Assembly (NCBI GenBank): GCA_963807605.1 | Contig: CAWECG010000003.1 | Coordinates: forward strand, 768,001 to 832,000 | Origin: Candidatus Bathyarchaeota archaeon | Lineage (GTDB): Archaea; Thermoproteota; Bathyarchaeia; 40CM-2-53-6; RBG-13-38-9 | Direction: 5' to 3' | Length of the DNA: 64,000 nucleotides | In this document: positions 59,992 to 64,000 of the stretch, piece by piece | How positions within the stretch are numbered: the first letter of the stretch is position 1 | Layout: each line of letters begins with the position of its first letter | Notes under the pieces: generated by a model | What the model was told of the DNA's origin: nothing | Database searches by the model: none | What the model saw: the letters and a program-made list of their open reading frames with translations, nothing else | Position numbers and translations under genes: made by a program

Positions 59992-60837
59992 TTGAATATT
60001 AGAACCATAAACCCGTCAGACTTCGATTTCGTAATAGAACTCGCAGCCTCAGAGAAGATAAAATACACAGAGCAGGACCTAACTCGCATTCTTGACTACG
60101 AACCAGACGGCTGCTTTATCGCCACTGACGGCGAAAAACAACTCGGAATAGTCTCGACCATAACTTTTGGCAGAGTGGGCTGGATAGGGAACCTCTTCGT
60201 CGCAAAACAAGCTCGGAGGAGAGGAACGGGAACAAAACTCGCAAAGGAGTGCCTCAAGTACATGCAGAGTAGAGGTGTAGAATTCCCAAAACTATACTGC
60301 TTCCCAAACAGGGTAACCTTCTACAGAAGACTTGGCTTCGTAACCGAACTCAACATCGAAGTCTCAGGAGGATCTGGAAGTAGAACTCCATTTACGGATG
60401 TCGAACAATTGCGAGCAGATTCGTTGGATGAACTGATAGACTTCGATGAAGGATTCTTTGGAGCGAACAGATCTAAGATGCTTCGTAGACTCTATGAAGA
60501 TTTTGGGGAATACTGTTTTGCCGCCTATGCCGATGAGAAACTGGTTGGATACATCATGGCCAGCGGCTCAGAAGGTGACTACGAAGTGGGTCCATGGGTT
60601 TGTGATCCGAAATATCAAGACAAGTTCGCAGAAGAGCTGCTGAAAGCCGAGATCAACAAGCTTAGCGATAACCGCTTCGAACTCTCGTCACCCATGCATA
60701 ACACATTAACCGAGAGTATTATTGAGAATCGTGGATTGGAATCGACAGGTGTAGCTGTAAGGATGGGATTCAAGCAAAACGTTCCCATAGGGATAACGGA
60801 GGGTATACTCGGAATAGGTGGCCTCGATAGAGGCTGA
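59992..60837 (+). CDS. GNAT family N-acetyltransferase
   Basis: ARRRGTGTKL motif A, FYRRLGF, second domain with VGPW. Confidence 0.88.
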   Translation: MNIRTINPSDFDFVIELAASEKIKYTEQDLTRILDYEPDGCFIATDGEKQLGIVSTITFGRVGWIGNLFVAKQARRRGTGTKLAKECLKYMQSRGVEFPKLYCFPNRVTFYRRLGFVTELNIEVSGGSGSRTPFTDVEQLRADSLDELIDFDEGFFGANRSKMLRRLYEDFGEYCFAAYADEKLVGYIMASGSEGDYEVGPWVCDPKYQDKFAEELLKAEINKLSDNRFELSSPMHNTLTESIIENRGLESTGVAVRMGFKQNVPIGITEGILGIGGLDRG

Positions 60838-60839
60838 AT

Positions 60840-61466
60840 CTATTCACGCATAAAACGTATGAATTCTTCCTTGGATCGGGGTCTGAGCGTGTAGTTGTTC
60901 TTCTTTTCGAAGCCAAGAGTGGAATCGGGTCTTGGACCGTAATCGTGTCCTGGATAAACCTCTATTGCATCATCAAGTTCGATGATCTTTCCGAATAGGC
61001 TATCGTACAGACTTGCTGAGCTACCTCCTAGCAGATCTGTTCTCCCACATTCTCCCACGAATAACGTATCTCCTGTGAGGAGTTTATTGTTAACTAGCAA
61101 ACAGATACTGTCAGGTGTGTGACCCGGCGTATGGATAATCTTTATGCTAATTCCATCTATCTTGATTACATCTCCATCCTTGAGCTTGAGGTCTACATCG
61201 TAGACCGCAGCCTCATGCTTCAGGATCTTGGCACCCGTCTTCACAGCCAACTCTCTGTTTCCTGCCGTATGATCTTGATGGGAATGTGTATTGATTATGT
61301 ATCTGAGATTCAATTTGTCTTCTCCAAGGGCAGCCATAATCTCCGTTACGACACCTGAGGGATCGACCACAACAGCCTGTCTTGACTCTTCATCACCGAT
61401 TAGGTAGGCGAAATTTCTAGAGTTTTCAACCAGAAATCTTCTAAAGATCATACTAAACTTCACCAT
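60840..61466 (-). CDS. MBL-fold hydrolase (glyoxalase II-like)
   Basis: THSHQDH, TPGHT, TGDTLF, PGHDY. Confidence 0.92.
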   Translation of the reverse strand: MVKFSMIFRRFLVENSRNFAYLIGDEESRQAVVVDPSGVVTEIMAALGEDKLNLRYIINTHSHQDHTAGNRELAVKTGAKILKHEAAVYDVDLKLKDGDVIKIDGISIKIIHTPGHTPDSICLLVNNKLLTGDTLFVGECGRTDLLGGSSASLYDSLFGKIIELDDAIEVYPGHDYGPRPDSTLGFEKKNNYTLRPRSKEEFIRFMRE

Positions 61467-61471
61467 GACAT

Positions 61472-62248
61472 TTACTGATGGTGTCGACTCTTCGGTCTCA
61501 TAGTAATGAATTCTGTAACCAATTTTAGTTGGGGGGTCCCACCTCCCTCCGCAATGATCTGAAGCATCTTCTCAGCATCAAGCACCCTTGCACCACCTAT
61601 CAGAGTTACCCCACGCTCAAAGAGCGGGTCAGGTATGACATTGGCGGACGGCCCTACAAGAGCAACCTCTTCGGCTTTCTTAGACAAATCCAAGATTCTG
61701 TCCAGTGTTCCGTTCGCCAGAGTTGAACCTGTCGCGATGACAACATCTGCGTTGGGTAAGAGCTCTTCGGCAGCAGTGTCTGGAAACATTCCTTCCTCAC
61801 GAAGGAGTGAACTACGCTCGATAATGAATAACGATTTGGATTTTTCCCTCAAAGTCCGAATTAGGGGACCCAGACCACCAATCATAACTACATTGCTAGT
61901 AGATTTGACTTGAAGCTCGTCTATCACGTTTGATCGCTTAAGAAGGTAGGATGCAGCTTCGGTGCCAAAGAATACTTGTGACAAGGCGTTGAGGGTAGCA
62001 AAACCTAGGACGCTCTGGCTGACATCCCATGACTTAGACATGTAAGCGATGTCAATCGCTTGGCTTCCTGCTATCTTGCCTGCTCTGTCGCTAACTTGGC
62101 AACAGTAAGGCGACATCTCATGTGAAAGTGTATGACATAAACCAGCATGCCCAGAGCTTAACTTGACACCAGTATACCCGAGCCCAATACATGCCTTCTC
62201 CACAGTCAGCTTCTCAAGCTCGGGTATCCTTTCCTCTACCAAAGCCAA
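61472..62248 (-). CDS. DUF364 family protein
   Basis: GFATLNALS, ATGSTLANGT, LVGPS. Confidence 0.85.
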   Translation of the reverse strand: MALVEERIPELEKLTVEKACIGLGYTGVKLSSGHAGLCHTLSHEMSPYCCQVSDRAGKIAGSQAIDIAYMSKSWDVSQSVLGFATLNALSQVFFGTEAASYLLKRSNVIDELQVKSTSNVVMIGGLGPLIRTLREKSKSLFIIERSSLLREEGMFPDTAAEELLPNADVVIATGSTLANGTLDRILDLSKKAEEVALVGPSANVIPDPLFERGVTLIGGARVLDAEKMLQIIAEGGGTPQLKLVTEFITMRPKSRHHQ

Positions 62249-62341
62249 AAGTTCCTCAACAATCCTAATCTGGGCAACCTCCCATGTAATCTGTCAGATG
62301 ATAATGGAAATTCAATTCGAAATAGAGCCGGCCGCCTCGTG

Positions 62342-62695
62342 CTAGTCTGGTTTGAGTTTTCTGACTTTATCCAAGGCATCCAGCCATGTCGACAGGGCCT
62401 TCCCACACTGTGTAAGTCTCTCATCATTGCTCTCAGTCATTAGTACACTGTTTATTTCTCTTATCTTGGAAAGAATTGTCTGCTCGACTTCATCGAGCAC
62501 TCTTCCACTCATAATCTTGCCTTCTTCCTCAGTAGCTTTGACTATGACGACGGGCTTGTTGCATTTTGCGCAGATAATCTCGTTCCTCACTCGAAATAGG
62601 GGCGAACCGCACTCTGGACACGACTGTGAAAGCATGGTAGCGCCAGACTTTAGAAGCTCGGACATCCTTTTCAGTTCTGAACTCACACTAACCAC
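62342..62695 (-). CDS. UPF0148 / autoantigen-p27 family zinc-ribbon protein
   Basis: MSELLKSGATML...CPECGSPLF..CAKC. Confidence 0.9.
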   Translation of the reverse strand: MVSVSSELKRMSELLKSGATMLSQSCPECGSPLFRVRNEIICAKCNKPVVIVKATEEEGKIMSGRVLDEVEQTILSKIREINSVLMTESNDERLTQCGKALSTWLDALDKVRKLKPD

Positions 62696-62773
62696 CGGAG
62701 AAAAATCAGGAAGAGTTTTAGGTTGGATCCATAGATGACTTGATTTACAGATATATAAGGTGGGATTCAGGGC

Positions 62774-63052
62774 ATGTCCAAGGCGAAGAAAAGGGAAGAA
62801 TTTGAAGGAAGAATAAGGCAGGCGCTAGGTGTACTGGGTGAGGTGTCTCAGGATAATACAACACCCAGAAACATCAGAAGATCCGCTAAGAACGCTATGG
62901 ATGCCCTTCAGCTGCCTGAACACAGCCTAGGCGTGAGGGCCTCAAATGCAATAGCAACACTTGATGAGATTTCTCAGGATCCCAATATGCCCCAGTACAC
63001 TCGAGTTAAACTCTGGAGCGTAGCCAGCTTACTCGAAGCCATAAAAGACTAG
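62774..63052 (+). CDS. UPF0147 family protein
   Basis: PRNIRR, RASNAI..LDEISQDPNMP..TR..LW. Confidence 0.92.
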   Translation: MSKAKKREEFEGRIRQALGVLGEVSQDNTTPRNIRRSAKNAMDALQLPEHSLGVRASNAIATLDEISQDPNMPQYTRVKLWSVASLLEAIKD

Positions 63053-63162
63053 AACGAAGACTTCCGAACCTGCGTGCGCTACCTACCGCTCGTATTCCTA
63101 TTTCTACTTAATATGGCTTAGCCAGATGTGAGCGCGCGCTTCTGGCTATCTTCAGTCTCGCA

Positions 63163-63540
63163 TTGTATTACTCACTGGTGACCTCCCAACAATCAAACGG
63201 AGCTATCAGACTAATGATAAGAAAACCATCTGAACTTCCAAAAGGTGTTGAAGGAGAACTCGATGTAGAGACTGAAAAAGAGGGGTTAGTGGATCCAAGC
63301 AGGAATGATTTTGTGAAAATTTCGCTAGTTGACAATAGTTATGCCAAGTTGGGCTTTTCTGATCGAACAGGTACCATATGGTCCTGGATGTTAATGATTA
63401 GACTTGAGGCGGGTAAAGTTCAGTTCAAATTTGTAGACAGTCAAATGGAAAGGATTCACGTGTCGGTGGAGTGGATAGAAGGAAAGTCGCCGTTGAAATC
63501 GTATGTGATCGAATTATATAATGGGTTGCGAGTCTCCTAG
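63163..63540 (+). CDS. hypothetical protein or fragment
   Basis: 125-aa ORF only. Confidence 0.35.
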   Translation: MYYSLVTSQQSNGAIRLMIRKPSELPKGVEGELDVETEKEGLVDPSRNDFVKISLVDNSYAKLGFSDRTGTIWSWMLMIRLEAGKVQFKFVDSQMERIHVSVEWIEGKSPLKSYVIELYNGLRVS

Positions 63541-63667
63541 AGTCTTGATGTGGTTCTGTCGAAAAGAATTATGAATTGGGTTAAGGATAGTAACCAAGTC
63601 AACGTTCACGAACCTTGACTTGGATTAGTTAAAGTCAGCAACAATTTCGAGGTGGATGTGGAACCGT

Positions 63668-64000
63668 TTGATTCTAAGAGGAAAAACATGCGCTTCTCGT
63701 CTGAATAGTAATTCTTCATGGAAATGTAATGTTGCCAGTTTACGCGTAAATAATAGCCGGGAAGGACGAGAAGCAGGTGCGCGACGTAGACTACGAACTG
63801 TCGGCTTTATCCTAGTTGTCCTCATTCTGGTTGCCGCTTTATCTTATCTTTTTGTGGTCAAGCCACGCCTAGCTGCTCCAACTGGAGTAGTGTCTTTGAC
63901 GACGGAGCAGAAGGAAGTTGATGATTTCCTGAGAAAATATTATCTTGCGTACGGTAACGGATCTGTCAGCAGACTTATTTTATTATTTGATGATGAAGCA
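63668..64000 (+). CDS. membrane-anchored NTF2/SnoaL-like protein, partial (runs off window)
   Basis: Open frame with TM VGFILVVLILVAALSYLFVV, then EVDDFLRKYYLAY...LFDDEA; start uncertain. Confidence 0.55.
   Translation, partial: MILRGKTCASRLNSNSSWKCNVASLRVNNSREGREAGARRRLRTVGFILVVLILVAALSYLFVVKPRLAAPTGVVSLTTEQKEVDDFLRKYYLAYGNGSVSRLILLFDDEA

Overview
Archaeal chromosomal window; the gene set and multi-intron tRNAs suggest a TACK lineage such as Bathyarchaeia (inference). 1-2.9 kb: end of an element integrated at tRNA-Leu(GAG), with a tyrosine integrase and an intact IS5-family IS. 3.3-16.8 kb: housekeeping and glycosylation genes, then tRNA-Gln(TTG). 16.8-37.4 kb: accessory region. 37.5-46.5 kb: siroheme/alternative heme biosynthesis cluster. 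46.5-64 kb: mostly core genes, including a bacterial-type AcsB and CcmF. Main discovery: three copies of a 14-bp direct repeat C(T/C)TTAGCTGGTGAG (24355, 28420, 37414) separate two tandem casposon-like elements. Their inverted termini are microsatellites, (CA)4/(CA)5 and (CGA)4/(CGA)5, and they sit at a site that mimics a tRNA 3' end. The more intact 9.0-kb element carries a casposase-type Cas1 whose conserved His is replaced by Pro. It has no PolB but encodes a small AEP-primase-like protein, an AAA+ ATPase and a very basic protein, plus SIR2/ATPase cargo. The decayed 4.05-kb element keeps what looks like a short casposon PolB remnant. The repeat-element-repeat polarity resembles a CRISPR array with kilobase-sized spacers. 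All protein family calls are from motif recognition by eye, not database searches.
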